From: Chrysomallon squamiferum
Taxonomy: Eukaryota; Animalia; Mollusca
Length of the DNA: 64,000 nt
NCBI GenBank assembly: GCA_012295275.1
Contig: CM022670.1
Span: 5,022,001 to 5,086,000, forward strand
Direction: 5' to 3'
Positions 14,401 through 26,899 of the stretch are shown here, in pieces (within the stretch, counting starts at the first letter, position 1; every line of letters starts with the position of its first letter). The position numbers were made by a program, and so were the translations under genes. The notes beneath the pieces were generated by a model. It did not search any database. It was not told where the DNA came from and saw only the letters and a program-made list of their open reading frames with translations.

Positions 14401-16959
14401 TTTTTTTGGTTTCTCCATATTTATGACATTCAACCATGGAAATCTTTAGATACTAAGACCCACTGTGTTACTCCTACTAGAAAATAACAACCAGACAAAA
14501 CTTGCCCGTTTCATCAGATCTCTCTGTTTGCTTCTGGTCATGAATCCATCCCCTGCCTCCATGTACTCATATAGGTTGTCACAGAGAGTTTTGCCTTCCA
14601 TTCCCTTCACTGTATCCTTGCCAAGGAGGACAGAACTGTTTCTGATCCCATACATACAACAACCATCTGCGAACTGTTTACACAGTCTGTCCGTTTCCGT
14701 TTCAAAACTGCTTGACCAGTCTTCTGAAATGTGTAATACACATTTTATTTCATTCATTTCAATACATAACAGTTTAATTAATTATAATGGTATTGTAATA
14801 ATAGTTTATCTCATTAATAATAGTAAAACCGATTTTGAAAATTCTTTATTAGTTTATTTCGTTAATTATAATATACAACAGAAGCAGTAATTATAGTTCA
14901 TTTCATTAATGACAATAACAATAATGTTATTTTTTTTAAAATTAATTGTAATAGACCTACATATTACAGATTCATCTGATTATTTACACTCCACAATTGT
15001 TATTATAGTTTATTTGATTAATGACTCTAATGGTAAGGTTTAAAACTTTTACTTACAATACATATTTCAGTAATGGCAATACACAACAGATAGTAGTTAT
15101 TGTTTATTTGTTTAATGAAATTATGGTAAAGATTCTATTAATTGCAATAGGAATAGAAACTATAATTTGTTTGATTAATAATAATAACAGTAATTTAAAA
15201 ATGTTGTATTTAAAATGCAAATTACTGGTTTATTTAATTAACTGCAATGTGCAACATGTATTAATTTTAATTATTTTATTAATGATAAAAAAAAATACAT
15301 TGCATACATTTCTTTTAATTGCAAAATACATTAATGGTTTACAAAATTAATTACAGTACAAAAATTACAAATGCAATAGGTGATGAATTAGTTACAACAC
15401 ACAAAACATACTCCTTGAAGTACTTGATTAAAACATACAGTGCATGTTTATCTAATTAATTACTGTACTACTGGTTTATTTAATTAACCACCATATGCAG
15501 TATCCGATTATGTAATTGATTATTTCTCATCGTAATCAGTGTCCTAGGTAAACTGTGATTTAAATATTAATCCTTGTCTCCTAGAAGTGGAAATAAATTT
15601 TATAGAAACTAGAATTATTACTTTATTTTTCTGGGAAGTAAACCTAGCCTAATATACATGTATAGACATGTTAGTACAAAAAGTTGTAAGCTGCCAAAGA
15701 AACACAGATTAAATATTAGTAAAACAGCAAATTTTAACACTGTGTGTATGTGTGTGTTTTATGTTTATGTATGCATGTATTAGTACGTACTATTGTCTGT
15801 TTCCACAGAAACTGTAATTGGAATATTAGCGTTTATCTGGTAGAACTGGTAGCCTGCCAAAACATCTGCCTGTGTTTCTGTTATTTTCTCTTTCACCGGA
15901 CAATCATCAAACACCATGATGTAGAAATTGTCACTTGTAACTTTGCCATCGTCTTTGATGTGACAAACTACAAGAGGGTCAGAATCTAAGTATTCCTGAA
16001 AAAAAAAAAATAAAAAAATATAGAAAATAAAAAAAATGAAATAAAAAGTAAAGTAAAGTAAAAAGTAAAGTAAAAGTAAAAAAAAGTAAAAGTAAAGTAA
16101 AATAAAATAAAATAAAATAAAATAAAATAAAATAAAATAAAATAAAATAAAATAAAATAAAATAAAATAAAATATATAAAATAAATAAAATTTTAAAATA
16201 AAACCAAAATAAAATAAAATGAGCTTAAATTCTATATATAAGAAATATTTTAAAAATCAAAAGTAGTGGCTTAAATTCACTAAATGTTTAAGAATCAAAA
16301 GTAGTGGGTGTAAAAGATCACTAGTGAATTAAATGATGTGTCTGCAACATGACAATTTCCAGAGAAAACATCCAACATTTTCAAAATTACTGATATAAAT
16401 AATTCTTCACACACCCCCCCCCCCCCCCAAAAAAAAATAATAATAATAAAAATAACAGTAAAAATTTTAAAAAATTTAAATAAATTCTAAATGTTTAAAA
16501 ATATTTTTTTTTTTTTTAAGGTTATAATTGTCATCATCATTATTGTTATCAATTATTAATTATATTTATCATTATTTATAAAAAATAAATAAAAGTTTAC
16601 ATACAACTAGTTCATTTGGTATGGCAACTGGAGTGGTATCAGTTGGATGCATGTTGTGTACAATAACTCCACACACAGACAAACCTAGAATCATCAGTTT
16701 AAAAACAATTTATTCAGTTTCCATGCTCATTCAGTTTCAAATAACAGACAACCCTACTTATATAATGAACACGAATAACAAAAGAGATTAATAAAAATGA
16801 TCATTATTTAATAACTGTAAATCTGTAAATAATTTGCTACAACTATATATACATGTATATATGTATGTATGTATGTATGTAGTTTAGGCTTTTTGAATAT
16901 TTTCTGTCTTATGTACATCTGAATAGACTGTACACAGACAATATCTGTGAATGCACTGG

Positions 16960-17005
<46 letters not shown>

Positions 17006-17273
17006 ATTACTAATAACACTAAAAATGTTTTAGCTATATTAATTAACTATAATTTTTTTTTTAAAAGAAACAAACAGTACTAAATAAATTTACAGCATTA
17101 TAATCTTACCTCCTGGCAGTAACTGCTGTATTTCATTAACATCAGACACAACATTCTGGGTGTCTACTTTAGATCGTACTGTGAATGCAAGAACTGTCCT
17201 GTCTGTACATTCTCCATGACCAACCAAAAAACCACACAAACCTGAATCTTTCCATTTGACATTCTCTAAATCC

Positions 17274-17337
<64 letters not shown>

Positions 17338-17638
17338 TATAAATATATATAAATAATTAGAAAAATAAAGAGAGATTATACACACATATATAGATGAGAT
17401 ATTAATAAAATATTATTTTTATGAAAGCTTAACAGGCCATATTGTTACATATTAATAATAATACGATATCAAATATTATTATCTTTTATTATTATATATC
17501 GGGTATTTATTTCCATATGCAACGAAATAATTCGATTTATCTCCGGAGTCACGACGAATTGTAGGAAGATTATTTTAAAGATTGTAAGAATTGAATTACC
17601 TCAAGCACTCGTGTATGTACTGACACAGACACTTCCAT
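9311..17638 (-). CDS. UFSP2: Ufm1-specific protease 2 (long form, about 597 aa, 14 coding exons)
   Basis: Exons 17600-17638, 17110-17272, 16605-16684, 15791-15995, 14506-14723, 14062-14155, 13728-13879, 13191-13293, 12457-12603, 11689-11867, 11230-11328, 10546-10648, 10004-10128 and 9311-9397. Peptidase C78 motifs [33 protein letters not shown] and GWCGWK are present. One GC donor (14505) and one apparent TT donor (11688). Confidence 0.93.
16020..16220. repeat. (TAAAA/GTAAA)n pentanucleotide tract in a UFSP2 intron
   Basis: Directly visible; it forms the pyrimidine-rich tract upstream of UFSP2 exon 4 on the minus strand. Confidence 0.9.
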
Positions 17639-18767
17639 GATGTTCACGTGTTGACAAAACGAACAGACTTAATGTAGTGACCAGCACAATCACTCTTCCA
17701 TATTGCTCTCCCCTGAATGGCAAGGTAGATAACTGCATTAATGGTATTATATTTTGGGTCTAGTTTACCTTTTTTTAAATTTATTTATTTATTTATAAAG
17801 CATTAAATGTGCTGAAAAAGTAAATATATTAAATAATTAATTAATGGCAAATAAAAGTCAAGTGGCATTTTATAATCGCTATTAATTTTTAATAGACATA
17901 CATATTTCTTCTTCATTATTTTAACACATCCGCCAACTCAAAAGAGAGAAACATCAAATTATTATTAATAAATAAAGATTAGGTTATTCACAGTGATTCC
18001 GTCCCATCTGTAAAATTAATTACTTTTTGTTTTGTGGACTGGGGGAAATCTTAACGTAAACTAAAATAAAACGAATGCAAAATACTTTGAAATAAGGAGT
18101 ACTTAATTTTAATTTAATTTTTACATATGTCAGACATTTTTCAACGCATTGTAAAAACTTATTTAATAGAACTGTTTTCACGCAAATCCACTTCGTTTTA
18201 TTCTCTTAATTGCCCCCTCCCACACCGCCGACTCACACATCCTCTCCTGATTCTGTAATTTTTATTTAAAATATGTAAACTTACATTGGTTTTATTTATT
18301 TATTTAAGATTGTTATATCAGATACGGTGGCTATGGAAGTATTCAAAGTGTACTTAGGTTCTTTGTTCACAGGTACACTTTAAATAATGACCACTCATTC
18401 TTGTATTCTTGGGTCACATAAATAATTTCTAAAATGAATGTAATATATTATAGTTTCTGGTAATACTTCACAACAGATTTTCATTAAATATTCCAATTTT
18501 ATTTATTAAAAAATATGAATTGCATCAATAACAAAGATAAAATTTAAATTAGCACCATGTATAAAATAATTATAAAAATATAAAATCAAATCACATATAA
18601 AAACATTTGGGTTTTTGATTTTTGAAATACAATCCAAATAAAAAAGAAAATGTTTGCTATTATATTAAATATAAACATTTTTGGTTTAAGGAAGAATGTA
18701 ATATAAAATTATTTCTAATGAACCGATGCATATATGTTTTATTAATTTTCGGGTTCTTTTTCATGTA

Positions 18768-20981
18768 TCAGTTTGGCAAAGCATGCCTCCATCCTTTATG
18801 CAAAGCTGCAGACAAAAAATCTCTGAGCTGAACAAACTGTGGTAAATAAGCCACATTATTCACTTCATCTGGATCAGTTTTTTGTTCATACAGCTCTGTG
18901 CCATAAAGTTCAGACCATTTTGGTTTAAACAGGGATGAATTAAACCCAACCCACTCTGTATATCTGTATTCCGAAGTTCTCATGGAGTAGCCCATTATTG
19001 TAATGTCTTTTAAATGTGGCTTGTCGCTGTTGGCTTGTGGTTCTACTGAAGGTCGTGGATACTGACTAAACACAGCTTGTTTCCAGGAAAAAGAATATGG
19101 CCTTTTAGACAGAGAAATATTTTTTATGATAGGGACAAGACTGGAACCTTCAGAACACAGAATAATTTTGTGTGAATTCTGTGGGCAGGTGGTTGGAATG
19201 GGAAGTCCTGCAAGTTCAGACAGTGTTGGAAATATATCTACAAGTTCAACCAAATCATCTGATATCAGTCCTTGTCCATTCACTGGTAACTTGTATCCAT
19301 TAAGTTTAGCTGAAAACTTTTCAACGTATTTGAAATTGGAATATTTATCCATGATCCTAAAATGTTCTTTCTCCAACATGTGGTTTTTGTTTTGAGACAG
19401 ATGTAAATTTACTGCCCGATTTTGTGAATTGCCCTTTTGTTCTTTTGACATTTGCTCTTTCCAGTGAAATGGATCCACATATTTAAACTGTTCTCTTTTA
19501 TTGGAGTTAACAGTTGTTAAACCTGGAACATAGAACATCAGAGGAACACGAACGGAAACATCAAAGTTGCTATATTTAGACCATTCCTGGTGCTCTCCCA
19601 AAGACCATCCTATAAAATGTAAGACAAATGTCATGTAGATAGAAGATTTTCATTTACCTACATTCATCACAAAACAATAAGTAAATTAACATTTCTTATT
19701 AAATTATTTTTTAAGATGTTAAAAGACAAGTTTATTACTTAATACTTTAAGTATTATGTTAAACATGAAAATGTTTTTAAATTTAGTTTCGTAACCACAG
19801 AAAAGAGTAAAAGTTATATTTCTAAAAACTGTTAATCACCATCATTTTTTAAACAAACAATAGAAGCATCCCTCATCTCCAACACAAACCCCCCCCAAAA
19901 AGCCAAGATGTTAAAAATACTGTTATATAATACAAATATAATTAAAAAAATATATATATTTATCCAAAACATAAATTTCAGAATAAAATAAGACTATTTT
20001 ATTATCATTTAAGTTTCATATTTACCATGGTCTCCAACAAGCACTACAACAGTGTTGTTGGAAAATCCATATTTGTCCAGAGCTGACAGAAGAATCCCAA
20101 CCTGACTGTCCATGTATGATGTAGCTGCATAATAACTCTGTCTAATCAACAACTGAAAATATATTTTTATAACCTTTATAATTACTACTGCTAAAGAGAT
20201 CATAATGAATTAATTTGGAAAAACAACCAAAGAGAATTAATTTAGAAAAGATAAGCAGATAAAAAAAAAAATAAATAAATAAAATAAATGAGTATAAACA
20301 AAACAGAATCTTAAATAGAGTTTCTAAATAATTTTCAGTAACAAAATGAAAATGAAAAATGGAACAAAGTTTACAGTACACTGCAAATAATCTCACATTA
20401 ACATTATCAATAAGAGGTTGAAAAGATAATTAGAATGAAGCCTAAGAAAATTCCTTAATAACATAAAAAAGTTACTAAGTTTTGACTAGATCAAAACACA
20501 AAGTGTGACTGAATTTCTAGCCAAGTCTGAATAATTTCATTCTCACAAAAATGAATAATGCATTGCTTGAATGACTACCTTGAAATTAGAAATTTCTTCA
20601 TACCCAAGCCAAAAAGAAAATTGAAATAAATATCTTTAAAAAGTTTTGTTAATCATTTTAAAGTTTATAATGACAAGGTGTTAGAAGAAAGTCAGTTGTT
20701 GTCTTAGAAAACATACTGGGTATTCACCTGGAAATTCTCAGTAACAGGACCAAAAGGGAAACTGAGGTTGAGCTGCTGTACATCGTGGCGCTCTCTGATG
20801 TCAGTCCACGGGTTCCAGGCTACAAGAGGCAGTTCTAGTGGGTAGGTGTGATGATCAGCTAGATGTATCTCATCCAAAGGATACAAATCTAACAACATAT
20901 ACAACTGTTAACTCAAATAAAAGAGAACAGTTTAAATGTGTAGATCCACTTCATATATACACACACACTAACACATGCACT

Positions 20982-21020
<39 letters not shown>

Positions 21021-23585
21021 ATATATATAGACAAACATACAAATATACACACATTCATACATGTACACATAAAAAATAATTTGTATATGCTGAAATGACA
21101 AAAGAATTGTGTTCAATTACATCAACAATATTAGCTATTGAACAATCAAATTCATGTTGCTAAACATTTTATCTTTTACTTATCATTTTAAGAAGAATAT
21201 TCTCAAGTATGTGAAATCCATAATTTATATGTTTTTCATATGAAATGTTTGCAACAATTATTTAAAAATATGGTAAGATCATGGATAGAATCTAGCAAGT
21301 AAACTGACTGACTATCTATCACTTGCATTTTGGTGGATTTTATCATAATGTAAACAACTTACCGAGATATTCTTTGGGGTATTTCAGTGGAATGTGAGGT
21401 TTGTGATACCCAACAGCAAGAAAGAAAGGATTAGTGTGGTTTGAAGACATGTTTTTCAGAAAATAAGTAGCAAACTGAGTTGTTTGTATATCTGGTAAGC
21501 TGCCTCCTGGTTGTTCACTGACATTGACAGGGCAAACAAGATTCATGTATTTTTTGCCATTACGATCTGGACAAACCTGCAAAAATATACAGTTTTAAAA
21601 TAAAGATAATAAAGTTAATGAAATAATTAATAGAAGAACAAAAACTAAAACTAAAATTAAAACTGAAACAGAAAACTAATAAAAGTAATAAAACAAAACA
21701 AAATTTCACTTGTAAAGTTAACAACGTTACTGTGAGTTTTAATGGTGTTTTTTTGATAAATTAAATTTATTTTGACCATTAAATGCTGATAAGTTACAAA
21801 CAACTAGGACTTAAGGCAGCAGAAACAACTCACAATATTATTTTAACAGAAGATGAATATATTTCTAATACTGCTATTATTGTTGTCGCTGTTATTGTTG
21901 AAAGAAATTAATACACTGTTACCTTTGCCATCTTGAACTGTTGTGTTGGTGGGTGATAAGCAGGAAATGACCAGCTATATGGATAATCATCTGTATAATT
22001 GGAAGCAATACCTACAACACCAAAGATAAACAGCCAGTTTTATTGTGTCATAAATATATACACTGTAACTGCTATTTTAGAAAGAAAATCAAAATAAATT
22101 ACTGAATATTTAAAGAAATCAGTGCATTTAAATTTTTATTATTAGAAAATGTTAATCATGTGACTGTTAATGAAAGATGGGAAAGCACCAACTGAAGCCT
22201 TTGATATGTCAATTGTGGTAAATGGCTATAACTGGAAACAGCCCAATAATATTTTCACAGTGTACATGTTGGGCAATTCTTGATCCATCAAACTGTAGTG
22301 AACTCAATGGAAACAGAAAAATTGTTTTTAAAAAAAACAATTATAATAATAATAATGGAAGTTTCTGATAAATTTTTGAAAATAGATTTAAAACTAATCA
22401 AAATATAAATTAATTAATTAATTAATTAAATAAAATAAAATAAAAATATTATAACAAAAAAATAAATATATAAAACAAATTTAAGAACAAATAATTATAA
22501 TTAAAAAAGAAATATAATTTTTTTTTTTAAAAGAAAATTAAGTAATAAATGAATAAACAAAATTACTGGATTATTGAATACAAAATTAAATAATTACTTA
22601 AGTGTAAAAATTTTTTTGCTTTGTTTTTTTAAGGATAGTACATATTTAATTATATGTCAAATAAATAAATAAATAAATAAAAGAAAAAAAAGAAAATACC
22701 AGGATGAAATACTTTTCCAGCTGATTGTGTCAAGTAGCCATTTTCCTTGAAGTGTTGTGGAAGTGTTGTAAAATTTCCTGCAGCTTTTCTCCAGTAGGAA
22801 TAAAAGTCATAGAGTTGAGTTGTATCAGGTCTGCGACTTGTCAAGAATGAAGTACGACTTGGACCACATAGTGCTTGCTATATTAATATATCAGAAAAAT
22901 ATTGGTGCTTGCTATGTTTATATATCACAAAATAATATGTTATGACAAGAACAGTAATATTCCTAAGTCAGTTAGATCAATATATATTATTCAAGAAATT
23001 AAATATAATTTGATTGATAATGGTTTAATCAAGCAGCAGTGAATTTCAAATGATACAGAAATTATTTTAATTTTCTAGCAAATTTATTTCATTATTAACA
23101 GTTTTCAGGCTTCAAACTATTTTTTTCTTTGGTCAAATAATTCTGTGAAAAATAAAATCTGATTCTGCCTTTTCTGGAACAGGAATCTGCAAGATATATA
23201 AAGAGAGAATAATTTTGGGGGACCATCTACTATCCCAGCAGCAGATCAGTATTAAAGGCTATAGCACATAATTTCCTTTCTGTAGTAAGGTGCATATATA
23301 TATATATACATTGGAGTTTTCAAAATAATTCAGTCTAACATGAGTGTACCTGAACAAATGCTTTATTGAAAAGTACAGCATTTTCTTGCCAGGTTGTCAA
23401 TATTTGGTGTAACCATATGTTCATTTCCATAGCAACCAAGTGTTGGTCGAAGATCGTCAACCACAATAAACAAAATGTTGGGTCTAGAGATTCCTACAAT
23501 GAACACAGTTCGGAAGTTCCATAGACATTAAATAATTTTGTTTCAGAAAGTCACTTTATTTAGTCATGAATGTTACTTGACTTCA

Positions 23586-23640
<55 letters not shown>

Positions 23641-23728
23641 CCAGATCAGTGTTTACACATTATCATGAATTGAATGTTCAGACGCAATGAACAAAAACAT
23701 TTTAATAAATAACAATAAATAAAATGAA

Positions 23729-23772
<44 letters not shown>

Positions 23773-23913
23773 TGTGAAATAATAGTGCAAAATAAATAGA
23801 TAATGTAACATAAAAATATAAATAAATTTTATTTAAAAAAAAAAAAAATTCTCACCATAAGTGAAAAGGCATTGTTTTGAAAACAAAATTATTAAAAATA
23901 TAAAATTCGCCAT
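18768..23913 (-). CDS. IDS: Iduronate 2-sulfatase (8 coding exons; +1 frameshift in exon 2 as assembled)
   Basis: Exons 23856-23913 (signal-peptide-like), 23350-23493 ([12 protein letters not shown]), 22700-22877 (sulfatase motif [14 protein letters not shown]; GKVFHPG), 21923-22011, 21363-21576 ([13 protein letters not shown]), 20728-20888, 20026-20152 (GDHG) and 18768-19609 ([30 protein letters not shown]). An extra A near 23380-23384 breaks the frame. Confidence 0.93.
20901..20953 (+). repeat. Inverted copy of IDS coding segment 19465-19517 inside IDS intron 5
   Basis: 49/53 identity to the reverse complement of 19465-19517 by direct alignment. Confidence 0.95.
23589..23638. repeat. (GA)n microsatellite in IDS intron 1
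   Basis: Directly visible. Confidence 0.95.
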
Positions 23914-24397
23914 TGAAGTGGTAAAACACACACAGTTTTATTGTAATATTATTTGCCCTTGGTTGATGTCTCGATAAATAAAATATTTTCAAAAGCAAAT
24001 TCTGGAATGTTACGTATCGAGACTATTAAATTCGAATAGTTTTCATTGGTCAAGGGATATGGCTTAAAACTATATACATTTGTCTCCCTTGAAACATTGC
24101 TGTAGAAACGCATAAAAATAAAGAAAAAACAACAAGGAATTTACGAATTATAAGACGGTAAATATTTGGTTTAAACAGTTAATTTACGTAGTTTTATATT
24201 CATATAACCATCTGATAGTTTCGGCATAAAAACAAAACTAAAATTACGGGTTTTATGTAACGATAAGCCAAAGATGTCATTTGTAAGGTACAATTACTGA
24301 ATTAGCGTTAAAATTGTTTGGTTTTATGCGGAATAGTAATTAAGTAACTTTTAGTAAGTGTTTTATATATTTTTAATAATTTTCAGATCTTTTAAAG
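23914..24397. promoter_or_regulatory. Probable bidirectional promoter shared by IDS and TXNDC9
   Basis: Divergent start codons are only about 485 bp apart (23913 and 24398), with a local rise in CpG. A probable TXNDC9 5'UTR intron ends at ttttcag (24386), with a candidate donor at 24158. Confidence 0.6.
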
Positions 24398-25054
24398 ATG
24401 GAGAAAGTAGTAGAACAGCAGGTGATTCAAGCCACTAAGGTTATCGAAGAACAGCTTGATGCAGAGATTGAACGAATGGAGAAAATGGATGAAGATGATT
24501 TTGAAGTTCTCCGTCAGAAAAGGCTTGATGCGATTAAAAAATCAGCTCAGCAGCAGCAGGAATGGCGAGCAATTGGTCATGGCGAATACTCCGAGATATC
24601 AAATGAGAAAGAGTTTTTTGAAGAGTGCAAGAAAAGCAAAAATGTTGTCTGTCATTTCTACAGATCCAGTACTTTTCGATGCCAGATAGTAGATAAACAT
24701 TTGTCAATTCTTGCACCAAAGCATCTTGAAACTCGATTTTTGAAGATTAATGCAGAGAAGTGCCCATTTTTGGTTCAGAGATTACGAATCAAAGTATTGC
24801 CAACTATCTGTATTGCCAAAGAAGGTAAAACAGTTGATTACATTGTCGGTTTTGATGATCTTGGTAGTGTTGATGACTTTCCAACTGAAATGCTTGAATG
24901 GCGCCTGGGATGTGCGTCATGTATAAATTATCAAGGAGACATTTTGAACCCACCAGCTCTGGATGAAAAGAAAAACAAAAGTATTTTCAATGTGGTGAAG
25001 TCAAAGAAAACAATCAGAGGCAAAGATGACGACAGCAGTGATGATGACTGGTGA
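24398..25054 (+). CDS. TXNDC9: Thioredoxin domain-containing protein 9 (phosducin-like, PhLP3/APACD)
   Basis: Uninterrupted 218-aa ORF with WRAIGHGEYSEI..EKEFF..VVCHFYR..FRCQIVDKHL..LAPKHLETRFLKINAEKCPFL..YIVGFDDLG..LEWRL and a KTIRG..DDSSDDDW tail. Confidence 0.96.
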   Translation: MEKVVEQQVIQATKVIEEQLDAEIERMEKMDEDDFEVLRQKRLDAIKKSAQQQQEWRAIGHGEYSEISNEKEFFEECKKSKNVVCHFYRSSTFRCQIVDKHLSILAPKHLETRFLKINAEKCPFLVQRLRIKVLPTICIAKEGKTVDYIVGFDDLGSVDDFPTEMLEWRLGCASCINYQGDILNPPALDEKKNKSIFNVVKSKKTIRGKDDDSSDDDW

Positions 25055-25544
25055 ACTCAAATACATTTTCAGTGTTACTGTGAAATGTTAAGCACTGCCA
25101 TTGTATAATGCTTATTAACATTACATTATTTATGGCATATATATGAATTAAATATTTCTCAGCTAATTATTTTGAATCATTCTGATTGTATATTTTATTT
25201 ATATCACAAATGTTTTTACATGTGCAAGAAATAATATATGTTCCTTTTCCATTAGTACAATATATTCATTTTATTATTTATTAGATTAAAATTATTATCA
25301 AATTATGTGTTTTTGTTCTCCACATCTTTTATTGAAAGAAAGATGCAATAAAATTGTTTAAAAAAATCAAGATTCATAAAGGAATAAAATACAACTTTTT
25401 TTTTTTTTGTTTTTTAAAACAAATTGTTATTATTGAAATGAAAAGAAATACTATTCTTAACTTAAATGTTTCAAAAGTTAATTTTTTTTTTTTTATTAAA
25501 ACCAAATCTAAAAGATGCTTAGAAAACAAACATTCAGCTTGTTT

Positions 25545-26340
25545 TCTTTCCCTTATGCTTTTTAAAAAAACAGATTTGGTATGCATGAAACAAAATGTTA
25601 TACTGATGCAGTATATTTGGCTTGTAGATTAAAATAAACATTTCAGCCCAATTGTTGTAGGTTAGAGGTTTAATTGTATTAATGTTTTGATTGCTTTATC
25701 AAAGACCATATGTGGTTTACTGTTACTGAGGTGCTGATGTAGTTCATCACATCAGCTGATCTTTCTGTTAACTGCACAATAAAGTATCTTAAGAAGTAGT
25801 GTTTTTGTTTTATTTAATTTTTTTAAAACTCTTAAATGTTCTCTTTATTTATTTATTTATTCTTCTTCTTCTTATTTTTTTTTTTTTTTTTTTTTCACTA
25901 TTTCATTTAGTAATTCATTGAAGTTTATTAGTTCTCCTGTTCTGTTGCTGTGATGTAGATAGGGCGAAAAATAATAATAAAAAAAAAAAAAATTGTAGAT
26001 TAAATTGAATATTCAGTTTGTCCCTTGTGGTTTTTTTAAAATAGACCACAACTTGGTATGCACAAAACAAAACTTATAGATTCAGTAGTTTCATTTTTTG
26101 ACTTGTTCATTAAAAGAATCACTTCAGCCCAGTGGTGATAGGATAAAGGATTAATCCTATTGTTTTGATTGGTTTATTAGACCATATATGGTTTCCTGTT
26201 ATCGAGGTGCTGATGTAGTCCATCACAGAAGCTGGTTTCCATTAACTACACAATACAGCTTCTGTAGATTAAGTAGTTTTTGTTTTCTTATTAATATTTT
26301 TTTTTTTAATTTTTTTGTAAACCCATTCTTTAATGTTCTC
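25545..26340. repeat. Diverged direct duplication of about 300 bp (about 25545-25845 and 26020-26340)
   Basis: Shared blocks in the same order: ttggtatgca, ttcagccca, tgttttgattg, agaccata, gaggtgctgatgtag, catcaca, aagtagt, aatgttctc. Confidence 0.8.
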
Positions 26341-26899
26341 TTCAATTTTTAAATTTATTTTTGATTGTAATTCATTTTGTAATTTATAGAGGTTTAAAAA
26401 GATTTGTGTTGTGTAATTAAAAAAGTATAATTTTTGAATAAATATAAAGAAGAGGCTCTCAAATGGCCAACCATTATTAATCATAACCATTTTTCATCTT
26501 AATTCACAGATACAATTTATAACAGAACACACAATGAAAGAACACCTTTATTCCACTTTGCATACAATTCCATCACATAAACATACAAGAAATCGCAGAT
26601 GACTCCTCCAAAAATAGTAATATATGTATATGAATACTTGTGTATATCATTACTGAATTCCCATCTGGCTGCCAGTGGCAACTGGAAGATATCTCGAAAG
26701 GGTGGGACATATATGACACCACAGACTAGCAGTGTCAAACCTTGTCTGTATTCCGAAAAAGAAAGCTTACAACTTAAAATGTCTAACCAATTACCCCTAC
26801 AATAATTACTGTAAGATACTGGAAATGATATCAACCTGCTTATACTTCTTTATCAACTTCTCATTTATTCATGTAAACTTTCTTTCCTTCTAGACTGGT

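Noticed and set aside
14465-14890. 141-aa + strand ORF
   Set aside because: Antisense shadow of UFSP2 exon 5 running into AT-rich intron; no recognisable motif.
26517-26834. Overlapping 105-aa (-) and 68-aa (+) ORFs in a higher-complexity patch
   Set aside because: No recognisable domain and no consistent exon chain; cannot be supported without a database search.
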